Source of the DNA: an uncultured virus (IMG/VR IMGVR_UViG_3300021511_000004)
Lineage: Duplodnaviria > Heunggongvirae > Uroviricota > Caudoviricetes
Virus record (IMG/VR): IMGVR_UViG_3300021511_000004
Length of the DNA stretch: 64,000 nt
Strand: one strand, 5' to 3'
Below the pieces are notes generated by a model. It was not told the origin of the DNA. It saw nothing but the letters and a program-made list of their open reading frames with translations, and searched no databases. Within the stretch, counting starts at the first letter, position 1, and the number at the start of each line of letters is the position of its first letter. The translations under genes and the position numbers were made by a program. Below, piece by piece: positions 27,189 through 37,301 of the stretch.

Positions 27189-28061
27189 CTAATAATCTGT
27201 AGTTATAGTTAGATGGAATGGATTTTTTGCATCATGCCTTTTAATAAAAAAGAATCCATCAACTTCTGCAATGTTCCATCCTGTGATTTCACATAATTTT
27301 TTCATGGTAAGAACAGTTGCGGCACGAATTTCACACTCTGCTTGGGAATGTTTTGGAATTAATTGATTGTTTTCAATAGCGGATTGTAAATCGTCTTCAT
27401 AGACAAGACACCCAAAGTGGGACAACATTTTTGGTATTTGGTAATCTGCCGGCACATGTAATCCATGAAGCTCGTTTTCGAACCAACCAAAGCGCCGAAA
27501 TAATTGAATAAAAAATAATGAAGATCTCTTCAAGAATATATCTGAAGCAAACCCTGGAAAGGTTTCTACTAATTCATTTAACCAATACTCAATTGTAGAA
27601 TGCCTATTTCCATCTCTATACTTATTGTGAAGCAATTCAACAAAGTCTTCTCCACGAGTTAATAATTGACGGAGGTGCCGCTCCCGCTCTTCAATTAGAG
27701 GGAAGCGTCTTATTGATAATAGTTTAATAAATCTATTAATACATATTCTGAAAAGATCAAAATCTCTTTTTTCATAATCAAAGAAAGCATTTTGAAGTAG
27801 TTCATACATCATTGTAGATGATGAACCGTTTGGTCTAATATCATGTTTTCCGTACCAATAACAGTAATTAACAGAAGCAGCTACAAGTTCTAATAAAATA
27901 CCTTTGTACTCATTTTCAACATCTGGTAAATCAAATTTTAGTTTGCCATGTTCGATCATATGATTTGCTACAGCTTCAATTCGATCCTTATTCATAAAAA
28001 CATAATCTGGATCCTTCATAAAATTTTCGGAAATTTCATACACAGAATACACTAAATTCAT
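27189..28061 (-). CDS. Queuosine salvage family protein (DUF2419/QNG1-like)
   Basis: SVNYCYW, PLIEER, FPGFASD.FLKRSSL, PADYQIPKML...GCL.Y, ECEIRAAT, PFHLTITTDY. Confidence 0.8.
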   Translation of the reverse strand: MNLVYSVYEISENFMKDPDYVFMNKDRIEAVANHMIEHGKLKFDLPDVENEYKGILLELVAASVNYCYWYGKHDIRPNGSSSTMMYELLQNAFFDYEKRDFDLFRICINRFIKLLSIRRFPLIEERERHLRQLLTRGEDFVELLHNKYRDGNRHSTIEYWLNELVETFPGFASDIFLKRSSLFFIQLFRRFGWFENELHGLHVPADYQIPKMLSHFGCLVYEDDLQSAIENNQLIPKHSQAECEIRAATVLTMKKLCEITGWNIAEVDGFFFIKRHDAKNPFHLTITTDY

Positions 28062-28122
28062 AATTCTACCTCCTGTTTAGTATTAATTTGTTCCAAAAAA
28101 TACTAAACTCTTCTAAGTTCTT

Positions 28123-28557
28123 TTATTCGCCTTTTATATCAGTGAGTTTCTCAACCTCTTTTTTACCCTCGTCTTCATTCTCTTCGTGATCAGGATCAAT
28201 ATGCTCAAGTAAGGATTCAAACTCACCAATATGTACTTTTTCTTCATTCGCAATATCAAGTAATACTTTTTTAATATTCTTATCAGATGTTTCATCAGCC
28301 ATTCTTTCATATAAACTTGCTGCATCATACTCAGCGATGGTTGCAAGTCGTAGGATCGCCATATCTTTTCTTTTACCTGATGGCATATTACTCACTTCAT
28401 TCATCTGAATAAATAATTCTTGTAATACTTCTTTGGGAGCTTCAGGTATATCAACTTCCATTAATATTTCTTCTTTTGATTCTTTAACTTTAATTTTATT
28501 TGGTCTTAAACTAAGACTTTTTAATGTATTAATATAATCTGTTTTATCTTTATCCAT
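28123..28557 (-). CDS. Ferritin-like/rubrerythrin-family di-iron protein
   Basis: LRLATIAEYDAASLYE...VLLDIANEEKVHIGEF. Confidence 0.8.
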   Translation of the reverse strand: MDKDKTDYINTLKSLSLRPNKIKVKESKEEILMEVDIPEAPKEVLQELFIQMNEVSNMPSGKRKDMAILRLATIAEYDAASLYERMADETSDKNIKKVLLDIANEEKVHIGEFESLLEHIDPDHEENEDEGKKEVEKLTDIKGE

Positions 28558-29061
28558 TTAATATACTCCTACTTCTTTTAAGTATTTATCCATACCAAGT
28601 TGTTTCATTTTAATTCTGAAAAATTCTGAAATTGTTGGAGCGCTTGGATTCCGTTTCAAATACATATGTGCTTCGGATGGAGTTCTATTACTTTTTCGAT
28701 TATTGCATGATTTACAAGCAGCAACACAATTTTCAAAGTTTGATTTTCCACCTTTTGAAATAGGAATGATATGATCAATAGTTAGAACTTCATTACCACC
28801 ACAATATTGACATTTATATCTATCTCGTATAAAAACATTTTTCTTTGTAAACGGAACTTTATTTTTATATATCATTCTAATAACTTTGATTAACTTCATT
28901 ACTAATGGGATTTTTATTTCCGAACCATCTATACATCTAATTATTTTATCAGTATATTTAAGAACTTCTGTCTTTCCTTTCAATATAAGACACACTGCTC
29001 TTTTCCAATCTACTGTATTCAAGAATGTGTAATCTCCGTTAAGAATTATACAGCGATTCAT
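28558..29061 (-). CDS. HNH endonuclease (McrA/HNH_5 family)
   Basis: ILNGDY..L, NVFIRDRYKCQYCG, LTIDHIIPISKGG...FENCVAAC..CN..K. Confidence 0.9.
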   Translation of the reverse strand: MNRCIILNGDYTFLNTVDWKRAVCLILKGKTEVLKYTDKIIRCIDGSEIKIPLVMKLIKVIRMIYKNKVPFTKKNVFIRDRYKCQYCGGNEVLTIDHIIPISKGGKSNFENCVAACKSCNNRKSNRTPSEAHMYLKRNPSAPTISEFFRIKMKQLGMDKYLKEVGVY

Positions 29062-29108
29062 TTCTATACCTCCCTAATTTTCTATGTTACTCCAAGGCAG
29101 TTTTTGCT

Positions 29109-29591
29109 TTACATTTCTCCAGCATCTTCTTCAACTTCATCAGTTATTCCACGATTTGGAATACGGCTTATCATTCCAGTTCCTTCATTTACTATCTTTC
29201 CTTTAAAAAATATATAATGTTTTCGTTTATAATTAGATTTTTTTACAACCCCAGTATTAATGAGATGATAAAGACCTTTTACTTTACGACCTTTAAAATC
29301 TATTATAATATGACTAGGACCAAATTTTTGAACCATACAGATTCCATCATCCCATTTTTTTAATCGTCCTGCACCATACCCAGCTTTTATTGTTCCAATA
29401 AACAGAGCCTCTTTTTCTGAATGGTCATGTGTTCTAACGGCTAAAACTTTTTCACCTGGTTTTAAAGGAACACCTTTTCGTACAGCAAATGATGCCCAAT
29501 TCTTTGACTTAGGCATTCTAAATCTGACATCCCAATGTAGTCGAGCTTTTTTAGCATCATGTTCAACTATAATAAATTTTGATTTGGTCAT
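29109..29591 (-). CDS. LigD-type 3'-phosphoesterase (PE) domain protein
   Basis: IVEHDAKKARLHWDVR, SFAVRKG, LAVRTHDH, GYGAG...WDDG. Confidence 0.85.
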   Translation of the reverse strand: MTKSKFIIVEHDAKKARLHWDVRFRMPKSKNWASFAVRKGVPLKPGEKVLAVRTHDHSEKEALFIGTIKAGYGAGRLKKWDDGICMVQKFGPSHIIIDFKGRKVKGLYHLINTGVVKKSNYKRKHYIFFKGKIVNEGTGMISRIPNRGITDEVEEDAGEM

Positions 29592-29908
29592 TATTTAATT
29601 ACCTCAGGAGGAGATTTAAATTCATTACCTGGTATTGTTCCTGGTTCTGTTGTTGGTTCATATATTCCTGTAACGGCATCAACAAATCTATCAAGGCGAG
29701 CTTGATAAAACGGATTCATTGTTGCTTGATCTCTTAGCTTTCTTAAACAGTTAATTTTCATTTTATTGGATTCCAATGTCATACACTTTCTAATTAAGTT
29801 CGGTCTGTTACTATCATCACCATATGGAATATTAGGACCTTGCCACTCTTTAGCATCTGCTCTTTTATCTGCATATAAAAATTGTAAATAATTTTCTGTT
29901 ATGTTCAT
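29591..29908 (-). CDS. Hypothetical protein
   Basis: 105 aa, GAGGA RBS. Confidence 0.65.
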   Translation of the reverse strand: MNITENYLQFLYADKRADAKEWQGPNIPYGDDSNRPNLIRKCMTLESNKMKINCLRKLRDQATMNPFYQARLDRFVDAVTGIYEPTTEPGTIPGNEFKSPPEVIK

Positions 29909-29920
29909 TATTTTGTCCTC

Positions 29921-30223
29921 TTAAACATTTTTATGTCTAGCAACATCACTCCTAACTTCAGCAGGTTTCTTCCCTTTTCCTCGCCAAAATGTCGATCCAT
30001 GAGCCTCATCTTTTAATGCTGCACAGAATCCTTCTGGATTATCAACTTTACCTTGCATTTTCTTTACACATTTATCAAAGAAGTCTTTTGATTTTACATT
30101 ACCTTTCATTTTACCAGTGAATGTCTTTGAATATTTTTTAATACTTTTATCAGTCCACCCTTTTGGTTTATCTTCAAAACCAGCTTCTTGTATCTCCTCT
30201 AAATAACTATCCAGTTTGTTCAT
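29921..30223 (-). CDS. Hypothetical (possible internal virion) protein
   Basis: MNKLDSYLEEIQE...; FDKCV...NPEGFCA. Confidence 0.65.
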   Translation of the reverse strand: MNKLDSYLEEIQEAGFEDKPKGWTDKSIKKYSKTFTGKMKGNVKSKDFFDKCVKKMQGKVDNPEGFCAALKDEAHGSTFWRGKGKKPAEVRSDVARHKNV

Positions 30224-30755
30224 TTTTAAAATCCTCAAGTGCCATGCGAGCTAAACCATAAGCATCACATAAATTATTATCCTCAAACTCAACTCCCCAT
30301 TTTTTATATGTTTTAAGGAGCATTAACTCTTTCTTTGCTCTTCCTTTTCCTTTACCCGCTACAAACTTTTTCAATGAACCAGGTGCAATAATTTTATAAT
30401 CTACCTCTTTTTTGAGCAAAAAAATTCTTAAATAAAAATGTAGAGCTCCCATCTGTAATTGAAAGGCTCCATTGCTTGAATATGATGGTCCTTCAATACA
30501 TACAGAATATAAACCAGAAATATTAGGGACAAATTTAAACCCCTCTTCTAATTCAATAATTCTTTCCTCAGCTTCTTTTTTAGTATCTGAATCTAAGAGT
30601 TTCTGTTCAATAATGTTTGCATCTTTATCAAGAACAATAATACCAAATCCGTTGTATGAAGGATCGAGGCCTACAAACATTGGATCCCTTAATGTTTTTT
30701 TATTATTTAATTTTACTTCTGTTTTCTTTCTAACAACTTCATTAGCTTTACCCAT
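30207..30755 (-). CDS. RuvC-like Holliday junction resolvase
   Basis: VGLDPSYNGFG, VCIEGPSY, P..LKKFVAGKG...KE, DNNLCDAY.LA. Confidence 0.85.
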   Translation of the reverse strand: MGKANEVVRKKTEVKLNNKKTLRDPMFVGLDPSYNGFGIIVLDKDANIIEQKLLDSDTKKEAEERIIELEEGFKFVPNISGLYSVCIEGPSYSSNGAFQLQMGALHFYLRIFLLKKEVDYKIIAPGSLKKFVAGKGKGRAKKELMLLKTYKKWGVEFEDNNLCDAYGLARMALEDFKNEQTG

Positions 30756-30770
30756 TAATTTTATTCCTAT

Positions 30771-31493
30771 TTACCCATGGTCGATGGTTACGTTGGGAAT
30801 ATATAATCTTTCTAATTTTTCAATTATCTCTGATTTTAAAGTTTTACCTTCATCAAAAATATCTGACTCCAATGGAATCTCACCAAATGGTGTCCTTAAA
30901 TTTCCACCGCCGTAACGCTTTCTTATTCTTCCTAAAGCAATCATAACTTCAGCCAAAGCAAGATCTAAAAAGTATTTATGAAGATCATTTGGAATTTCAC
31001 TAAAATCATCTTGAGACATTCGTTCATATTCTACAGTTACTATTTTTATATCATTAAATGGATAAGGTGATATACGAATTACATTTGGATGTGTAAACTC
31101 AAATGTGTGATCCCATGATGAAAACATTTTTGTGGTCATTGATTGATGGACTCTTAACGCCCATTCTCTTATTTCAAATTCGTTAAACACACCAAACGGA
31201 GGATGACCGAGAGCATATAACTCACCTTGGTCAAAATAAATATCTACAACATTTAGAATTTCTCTACCATCTGGTTCATTCAAATAAAATTCATTAGTTC
31301 TTCCTGGTACTTTACTTGATTCTAATCCAATGTTAAGAGGCATCTTTTTCTTATCTGGTATATAATATGACCATTCTCTTATTGTATCTTCTTTTATAAA
31401 TTCAAGTATTTCTTCATCTGACCACTCGAGATGCATAAACGGAAAACCGAGGTTTCTTTTCACATAATTTAAAACTTTAGCATCATTTAACAT
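30771..31493 (-). CDS. Neck/head-tail adaptor protein, T4 gp13-like
   Basis: YVKRNLGFP....E, LGRIRKRY..., I..EGK...E. Confidence 0.65.
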   Translation of the reverse strand: MLNDAKVLNYVKRNLGFPFMHLEWSDEEILEFIKEDTIREWSYYIPDKKKMPLNIGLESSKVPGRTNEFYLNEPDGREILNVVDIYFDQGELYALGHPPFGVFNEFEIREWALRVHQSMTTKMFSSWDHTFEFTHPNVIRISPYPFNDIKIVTVEYERMSQDDFSEIPNDLHKYFLDLALAEVMIALGRIRKRYGGGNLRTPFGEIPLESDIFDEGKTLKSEIIEKLERLYIPNVTIDHG

Positions 31494-31504
31494 AATTTAT
31501 TACC

Positions 31505-32635
31505 TCATATATATAAAAAATCAATTGAGCTTTCTGTTAGAAATACTCCATTTTTTTCAAGTGCTATTTTCATAGATTCCAACGGAAACACTTCTCTCTC
31601 AGCTAAAAATTGTTTTTCAAGTATTTTCCTTTTATCAATCATTTCCGTTGAACTAGGATTGTCTAATGCTCTAGAAATAAGTTCAAAAGACACAAGCTTT
31701 AAATTTTTCGATATAGTCTTTTTATTTACTTCAGCGTCTACAATCAGTCTTAGTTTTTTGTTCGAAAGACTTGAAGGTACGGGATCTATTAAATCTTGTT
31801 TCCCTTCCACCTTTTTATAGATAGTATCCATATCTCCTGTTAAAGCAACTAAATGATTGAATGTTTCAATAAAACCAACTGGACCAATATTTTTAACCCC
31901 AGTAACATCGTCACCAGGGTCCCCGATAACACTCATAGCTAATGGTAAATATTCATCGGGAATATCAACCGGTCTTCTTAAAAACATCGACATCACTTTT
32001 CCTTGTTTATGAATCTTTTTTGATTTTGCTGCTTTAGAAAATATAAATATATCATCATTCAAACACTGCCATAAATCATGATCATTACTATAAACTACGT
32101 TACCCACCCCACTTCCTCTTGATATTAATCCTCTAGTCAAAACATAATACGGTACAAAGTCTGCTTCGAGATTTGGTAACCTTACAACTTTTATTCCAGG
32201 CATTTTATTACATGCTTTTTCAACTAACTGATAATTTCCATGTAGTATACTGAAAAAAAGTTCCCTATCTTTTCTATCCAAACCATATAAATCATCAATC
32301 TTTCTTGAGATTTTATAATTTTTATCAATATTTTTATGATAATATGAATGACCAGTTTCAAAAAAGACAATAAAATTAATATTAATTCCTCGTTTCATTC
32401 CATATATTTTATGAAATGAAAGAAAAGAAATTAATGACGAGAACACAGATGTATCTAAATATCTAGATTTTTTTGATGCCTCAACTATATTTACAATCGC
32501 ATGCTCCATATAAGTAGTTTGCATTGTATTCTTTAAATCTATAAAAACATTTAAAGTTTTATAATTTCCATAAGATGCAATTTCATCAAGAATCGCATAT
32601 GTTGGATAATAACTCAATAAACTAGATGGGTGCAT
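31505..32635 (-). CDS. 5'-3' exonuclease / T4 RNase H-like flap nuclease
   Basis: FIDL, NYKISR, LEAD, SNDHDLWQ, IGDPGDDVTGVKNIG. Confidence 0.85.
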   Translation of the reverse strand: MHPSSLLSYYPTYAILDEIASYGNYKTLNVFIDLKNTMQTTYMEHAIVNIVEASKKSRYLDTSVFSSLISFLSFHKIYGMKRGININFIVFFETGHSYYHKNIDKNYKISRKIDDLYGLDRKDRELFFSILHGNYQLVEKACNKMPGIKVVRLPNLEADFVPYYVLTRGLISRGSGVGNVVYSNDHDLWQCLNDDIFIFSKAAKSKKIHKQGKVMSMFLRRPVDIPDEYLPLAMSVIGDPGDDVTGVKNIGPVGFIETFNHLVALTGDMDTIYKKVEGKQDLIDPVPSSLSNKKLRLIVDAEVNKKTISKNLKLVSFELISRALDNPSSTEMIDKRKILEKQFLAEREVFPLESMKIALEKNGVFLTESSIDFLYI

Positions 32636-33023
32636 ATTTAAATGTCCTTTTATTTATTACTTTTCCTACAACACCAATAAGATCTCCATCATTCTCACCA
32701 GTAACATCAAACCAATCTTTCCATGTTGGTTTATTATATGTTGAAATATGAAATGAAAAAGATTGAAATCGGATATACATTTTATAAGGTCTAATACCCT
32801 CAAATCGTCCGACTTTTGATAATTTATAACAATCATATGATGTTGAAAAATAAGTATCTATTAATTTTCTCCATGTTTGACATTCATCGTATAAATGTCT
32901 TTCTCTATTATTAAATGAGAGTATACCAGTATAATCTCCATTATTAGTTTGCTCACAGTTCATTATTTTCATATCTCGTCGTATTTTATTTCGCAATTCT
33001 AAACTAACATCATTATATTTCAT
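32622..33023 (-). CDS. Hypothetical protein (paralogue of adjacent gene)
   Basis: SLELRNKI...ECQTW..LI..F...F.GIRP...WKDWF shared with 33023..33379. Confidence 0.65.
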   Translation of the reverse strand: MKYNDVSLELRNKIRRDMKIMNCEQTNNGDYTGILSFNNRERHLYDECQTWRKLIDTYFSTSYDCYKLSKVGRFEGIRPYKMYIRFQSFSFHISTYNKPTWKDWFDVTGENDGDLIGVVGKVINKRTFKYAPI

Positions 33024-33379
33024 TATTCCTCCGTAATAAACCAATCTTTCCAATTTTGATTTTCAGAATTAAATACATCAGCTGAAAAAGTAACAACGCT
33101 TTTCATAATATCTACCTTAATAGGATATAATCCCTTAAAATAGCCTATGTCACCTTTCATTTCTGAAGAAAAAGAATCCATTATTAATTCATACCAACTC
33201 ATACATTCTTTAAGTAAATCAAAATTAACATTCAAATTAAGAGATAATTCAACTTCTTGATATAATGGGACTGATACTACCGTACCACCCAAAACAAACT
33301 CGCTGTGGTGTTGTGTAATTTTAGTTCCTTCATAACCTGCTGTAATGATTTTCATTTTCAGTTCATGTGAAATCTTCAT
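33023..33379 (-). CDS. Hypothetical protein
   Basis: SHELKMKI...ECMSW..LI..F...FKGLYP...WKDWF. Confidence 0.65.
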   Translation of the reverse strand: MKISHELKMKIITAGYEGTKITQHHSEFVLGGTVVSVPLYQEVELSLNLNVNFDLLKECMSWYELIMDSFSSEMKGDIGYFKGLYPIKVDIMKSVVTFSADVFNSENQNWKDWFITEE

Positions 33380-34137
33380 TACTCATCTTCATCTTTAACC
33401 AACGATGATCTTGTGAAAATAACCATATCACAATCACCAATAGAAGTTTTAAATGTATTCAAAGAGATATCCTGATTTGCATCTTTATACATTTTAAAAT
33501 CAACTGCTTCATCATGATCTAAACCAAATGGAATTGTTCCGAGATTTGCTGAACATTTATCAAGAATTACATTTGTAGTAATACCTTTAACAAATTGAGC
33601 AAATTGGTCTTTGGCTTGTGTTCCTGCTTTAATAAGAGCTTCCTCACCATCAAACTCAACTTGAATTGCTTTAATATTAAAACTCTGTGTAATGATTCTA
33701 ATTCTTTCAGTTATCATACTTGACAGCTTATGTTCTAATATTAAATCATCTTCATTTAAGTTAAATATAGCAGTAAGTTCATCTTCTGGCATAAACTTAT
33801 TATCAATAAATTGATATGCTGGGCTTATAAATTTAAGAGATGAATATTCATCTGAAAATATAAAATAACTATTTCCTTCATTATTTATCTCAAGATTTAC
33901 TTCTTGTCCTGCAAAAATTTTCAACAGGTCAAGTTTTTTCTTGACATCTGAAATAGACATTGTGATATCTGTTAGAATAGGATTTACATCTATTTGAAAT
34001 ATAGAAGTTTTATCATTGCTTCTCTGTCTAATAAAACCATCCCTAATATCAATATCATTACACTCTTCTTTCAAATTCGTAAGACATCTTAAAAAATCAT
34101 TGTATTCTTCAGCTCCTACACTTAAATTAGTTGACAT
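33379..34137 (-). CDS. Putative sliding clamp (gp45/PCNA-like)
   Basis: 252 aa, acidic, alternating alpha/beta pattern, near clamp loader and primase; fold is inferred. Confidence 0.5.
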   Translation of the reverse strand: MSTNLSVGAEEYNDFLRCLTNLKEECNDIDIRDGFIRQRSNDKTSIFQIDVNPILTDITMSISDVKKKLDLLKIFAGQEVNLEINNEGNSYFIFSDEYSSLKFISPAYQFIDNKFMPEDELTAIFNLNEDDLILEHKLSSMITERIRIITQSFNIKAIQVEFDGEEALIKAGTQAKDQFAQFVKGITTNVILDKCSANLGTIPFGLDHDEAVDFKMYKDANQDISLNTFKTSIGDCDMVIFTRSSLVKDEDE

Positions 34138-34354
34138 TCAAATTCTCCTTTTTTCTTATTTCAATTATTGAATCATGGGGTATCTCAAAAAATGGATTAT
34201 CCCCTTCTGGGTGCAATGTTACTGCTGTTCCATTTGGTCCTATACAACCATAAGTAGCCCCATAAAATTTATATACAAATGTTCCTTGTTTCACATCTTC
34301 GTCTAACCAACTACATTCTTTTGTAGTGACGGTTCTAACAACTTCGTATTCCAT
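34127..34354 (-). CDS. Hypothetical protein
   Basis: 75 aa, GGAGAGG RBS. Confidence 0.6.
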   Translation of the reverse strand: MEYEVVRTVTTKECSWLDEDVKQGTFVYKFYGATYGCIGPNGTAVTLHPEGDNPFFEIPHDSIIEIRKKENLNVN

Positions 34355-34533
34355 ACCCTCTCCTTCTTGAACTTTATTAAACCTTTTTTATACATACTTT
34401 TCGCTGCCTTATATACTTGTCTTTCATTCATATTCTTTGTTTCTTCTCCATACACTTTATGAATAAGAACAAGTAATGCAGTATCAGGTTTAGTTAATAA
34501 CTTTCTAATTTTTTTCGCTTGTTTTCCGTTCAT
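34303..34533 (-). CDS. Small basic hypothetical protein
   Basis: MNGKQAKKIRK; GGAGG RBS. Confidence 0.6.
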   Translation of the reverse strand: MNGKQAKKIRKLLTKPDTALLVLIHKVYGEETKNMNERQVYKAAKSMYKKGLIKFKKERVWNTKLLEPSLQKNVVG

Positions 34534-34543
34534 ACAACCTCCA

Positions 34544-34918
34544 TCATTTAATCTTTTTTATAGCAGTAACATATACAAATTTATCTTCTTTTATTTCTTC
34601 AGATTTAACATGATCTAAAGTAACAAAACAACTTTCAACTCCACCGATCACTTCCATAACTCTTTCAGCAACATTCTTTGCACCTGAGTCTTGTGAATTA
34701 ATTGGTATTGAAAAAATCATCATGATAGAATCTTCATTATTATAACTGCAATTAAACATACATAAATTATTTCCCATCAATTTATATAATTGATCCTTTG
34801 ATGCTGCTTTACAAAATAATGTATAATATTCTGGATTTTCTACTGAACCATTATATTTAATTCCGGTATCTATTGTGTTTTCAAATACCTCTTTTAATCG
34901 CTCTCTAACATGACTCAT
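34544..34918 (-). CDS. Hypothetical protein
   Basis: 124 aa, AAGGAG RBS. Confidence 0.65.
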   Translation of the reverse strand: MSHVRERLKEVFENTIDTGIKYNGSVENPEYYTLFCKAASKDQLYKLMGNNLCMFNCSYNNEDSIMMIFSIPINSQDSGAKNVAERVMEVIGGVESCFVTLDHVKSEEIKEDKFVYVTAIKKIK

Positions 34919-34944
34919 GTTAAGTATCTCCTTAAATAATAGAT

Positions 34945-34959
34945 TTTATAATTTGTTCT
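34945..34959 (-). promoter_or_regulatory. Putative phage promoter RGAACA-N5-TAAA
   Basis: AGAACA-AATTA-TAAA. Confidence 0.55.
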
Positions 34960-34988
34960 AAATAGATTTTTTATATTCTAAATATCTT

Positions 34989-35972
34989 TTAAATAACAAA
35001 TTTTACAGGCATTACTGGAATATCGTTAAAGTCTTTACCATTTTTATTATAATAAACTGTCATTTTATCAACAATATACTTATTAAAATGTTTTATATTT
35101 TGATAATATTTTTTATCAACCCCTCTATCTGAAAGTATAATAATCTCGGGTTGAAATATTTGTTCATGAAAAATTATACTCTGAATTAAAGAAAGATACT
35201 TAGATGATAACACTGATGCATATAATCTAACATTATTTTTAAGATTCAAAGAGTCAAAAATATGCTCAGCAAAAATATCAAATATTCCTTCTGCCAAAAC
35301 AATTTTATTAGATTGTGGAGAATTCCCTGGCAGTTTATAATAATCAACAAAATTACTTTGTTGAATTTTTAATTTAAAAAATGACATTGTGTGTTTATAA
35401 TCAATATTTCTGAACATTACAGTTGAGTTGTGTTCTGTTAAAAATCCAACAAAATTATTATGTAGATAATCTCTTAAGCGAAATAAAGTTTCATTAACTG
35501 GAATATGATTCATTTCAATAAATTTATCAACATCATATATCAACCCTTTGATTCTTGTGGTTGATATATTTGCAAATTTCAACCGTCTTTTGATATAAAA
35601 TTCTTTTTCGGCAAATCTCTGCCTATTAAGTTTTGGTAATGAAATTTTTATTGTTTCTTCTTCTTTATCAACAAATATATCTCTTTTTTTAGTTATTTCT
35701 TCAAACTGTCTTTTATCAACAAACGTCTCTGATATATCATGACCTTCAAGTCGTTTTAGAAACTTTCTTAATGTTCCGCTTTGTTCGCAAGAAGCGTGAA
35801 AACAATGAAATATGGGAGCTTCAAGAGAAATATACATATGATAATGATCTTTTTTCTTTTGGTATTCACACCATGGGCATGGGCAAATAATATTCTTTGA
35901 AGATAGTTTTATTTTAACACCAAGTTTATCCTCAAGATAATCACCGAAACTATCTTGATATATTCCTATCAT
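34989..35972 (-). CDS. DNA primase (zinc-binding plus TOPRIM, gp61-like)
   Basis: CPWC...H...FHCFHASC..SG; VLAEGIFD; ILSD; KDFND. Confidence 0.8.
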   Translation of the reverse strand: MIGIYQDSFGDYLEDKLGVKIKLSSKNIICPCPWCEYQKKKDHYHMYISLEAPIFHCFHASCEQSGTLRKFLKRLEGHDISETFVDKRQFEEITKKRDIFVDKEEETIKISLPKLNRQRFAEKEFYIKRRLKFANISTTRIKGLIYDVDKFIEMNHIPVNETLFRLRDYLHNNFVGFLTEHNSTVMFRNIDYKHTMSFFKLKIQQSNFVDYYKLPGNSPQSNKIVLAEGIFDIFAEHIFDSLNLKNNVRLYASVLSSKYLSLIQSIIFHEQIFQPEIIILSDRGVDKKYYQNIKHFNKYIVDKMTVYYNKNGKDFNDIPVMPVKFVI

Positions 35973-36301
35973 ATATACTTATCATCTCCTATCAAATATC
36001 TTCCGTTTGCGTGGGCAATCCAATCGACTGTCCCTTTCTTATTACATCTATCACACCCACCACCATTACAGGTTCTACAAACAAACTCTCCTGTAATTTT
36101 TTCAAATCCTAAATAACCAATACCTCCACAAAAACTACATAAAGTCATTTGAGTTTTGCTTTTTAAACCTGTTCCATCACAAACTTCGCACCTTGAAATT
36201 CCACATTTCTGAAATTCATCAAAAAACATACATTCAAAATTTCTAATTATTTTAAATATGTTGTTTGTTCTTTCCATATCCATACGAGTTCTATTAATCA
36301 T
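35969..36301 (-). CDS. DnaJ-type CxxCxGxG zinc-finger protein
   Basis: CEVCDGTG, CSFCGGIG, CRTCNGGG, CDRCNKKG. Confidence 0.75.
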   Translation of the reverse strand: MINRTRMDMERTNNIFKIIRNFECMFFDEFQKCGISRCEVCDGTGLKSKTQMTLCSFCGGIGYLGFEKITGEFVCRTCNGGGCDRCNKKGTVDWIAHANGRYLIGDDKYI

Positions 36302-37287
36302 TATTTTTCAGACCTTGCTGTTCTATAATCTCTTAATATTTTAATAATTTCAAATACCATTGCCATAAAATGCATATGAGGTATGAGGCAACCCTGATGT
36401 GAATTTGAATATTTATTTACTGTAATTTTAACTGGAGCGGGAATCTTTTTCATAAAAAATAATTCTGTATAAATATTTCTAAATTCAATATCTTGACTTG
36501 ATAGAATATCAATTAATTTGTTTATAACAATACCTATTTTTTTATCTTCTGATTTTTCAATCAAACTTATAATCTCAACAACGTTTGACATAATAACTCT
36601 TTCATTTGTTATAACTATATCTCTATCAACAATCAATTTACCATCTAAAGAACATCGTTGAAGTATATTAATAATTTTTCTAACATCTGGATATAATTGA
36701 TTTATAATGAAAAGAATATCTTTTTTAATAAACTCAATTTTTTCTCTTTCTAAAATTGATTGAGCATAATCAAGAACAAACTCTTTTGGTATTTGTTGAA
36801 ATATATAAGGTGTGAATCTGCTTTGCACAGGATCTGGAATTTTAGAAATATAATTACCCGTCCATATAAATCTACCATATGCTTTATGATATTTCTCAAT
36901 AATACCTCTCCATGAATCATATGCATCTCCAGTAATATTATCTGCTTCATCCATAAAGACAACTTTATATTTATCTCCTGCTGGAGGGTGTTTTAAGAAT
37001 GGCTCTACAACTTGATCAACAAAGTTAATACTTCTTCCTTTCTTTGATGACCCATTTGCCATTAACAAATTATCCTTTTTATTAAACAGAACTCCTTGTT
37101 TAGAACATAAAATTAATGCTAATGTTGTTTTCCCACCTCCAGGTGGACCCGAGAATAATAAATTTGGCAACGAACACCTTTCAATTATCCTTTTAAAATC
37201 TTGATTGTATCTCTCAGGTAGGCTTAGTTCATTTAATTTTTTTGGACGATATTTTTCAACCCACATTGAATCTAAAAATTCACTCAT
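36301..37287 (-). CDS. Clamp loader AAA+ ATPase (RFC small / T4 gp44-like)
   Basis: WVEKYRP, LLFSGPPGGGKTT, MDEAD, PVQSR, PDVRKIIN. Confidence 0.92.
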   Translation of the reverse strand: MSEFLDSMWVEKYRPKKLNELSLPERYNQDFKRIIERCSLPNLLFSGPPGGGKTTLALILCSKQGVLFNKKDNLLMANGSSKKGRSINFVDQVVEPFLKHPPAGDKYKVVFMDEADNITGDAYDSWRGIIEKYHKAYGRFIWTGNYISKIPDPVQSRFTPYIFQQIPKEFVLDYAQSILEREKIEFIKKDILFIINQLYPDVRKIINILQRCSLDGKLIVDRDIVITNERVIMSNVVEIISLIEKSEDKKIGIVINKLIDILSSQDIEFRNIYTELFFMKKIPAPVKITVNKYSNSHQGCLIPHMHFMAMVFEIIKILRDYRTARSEK

Positions 37288-37301
37288 TCACACACTCCTT
37301 C

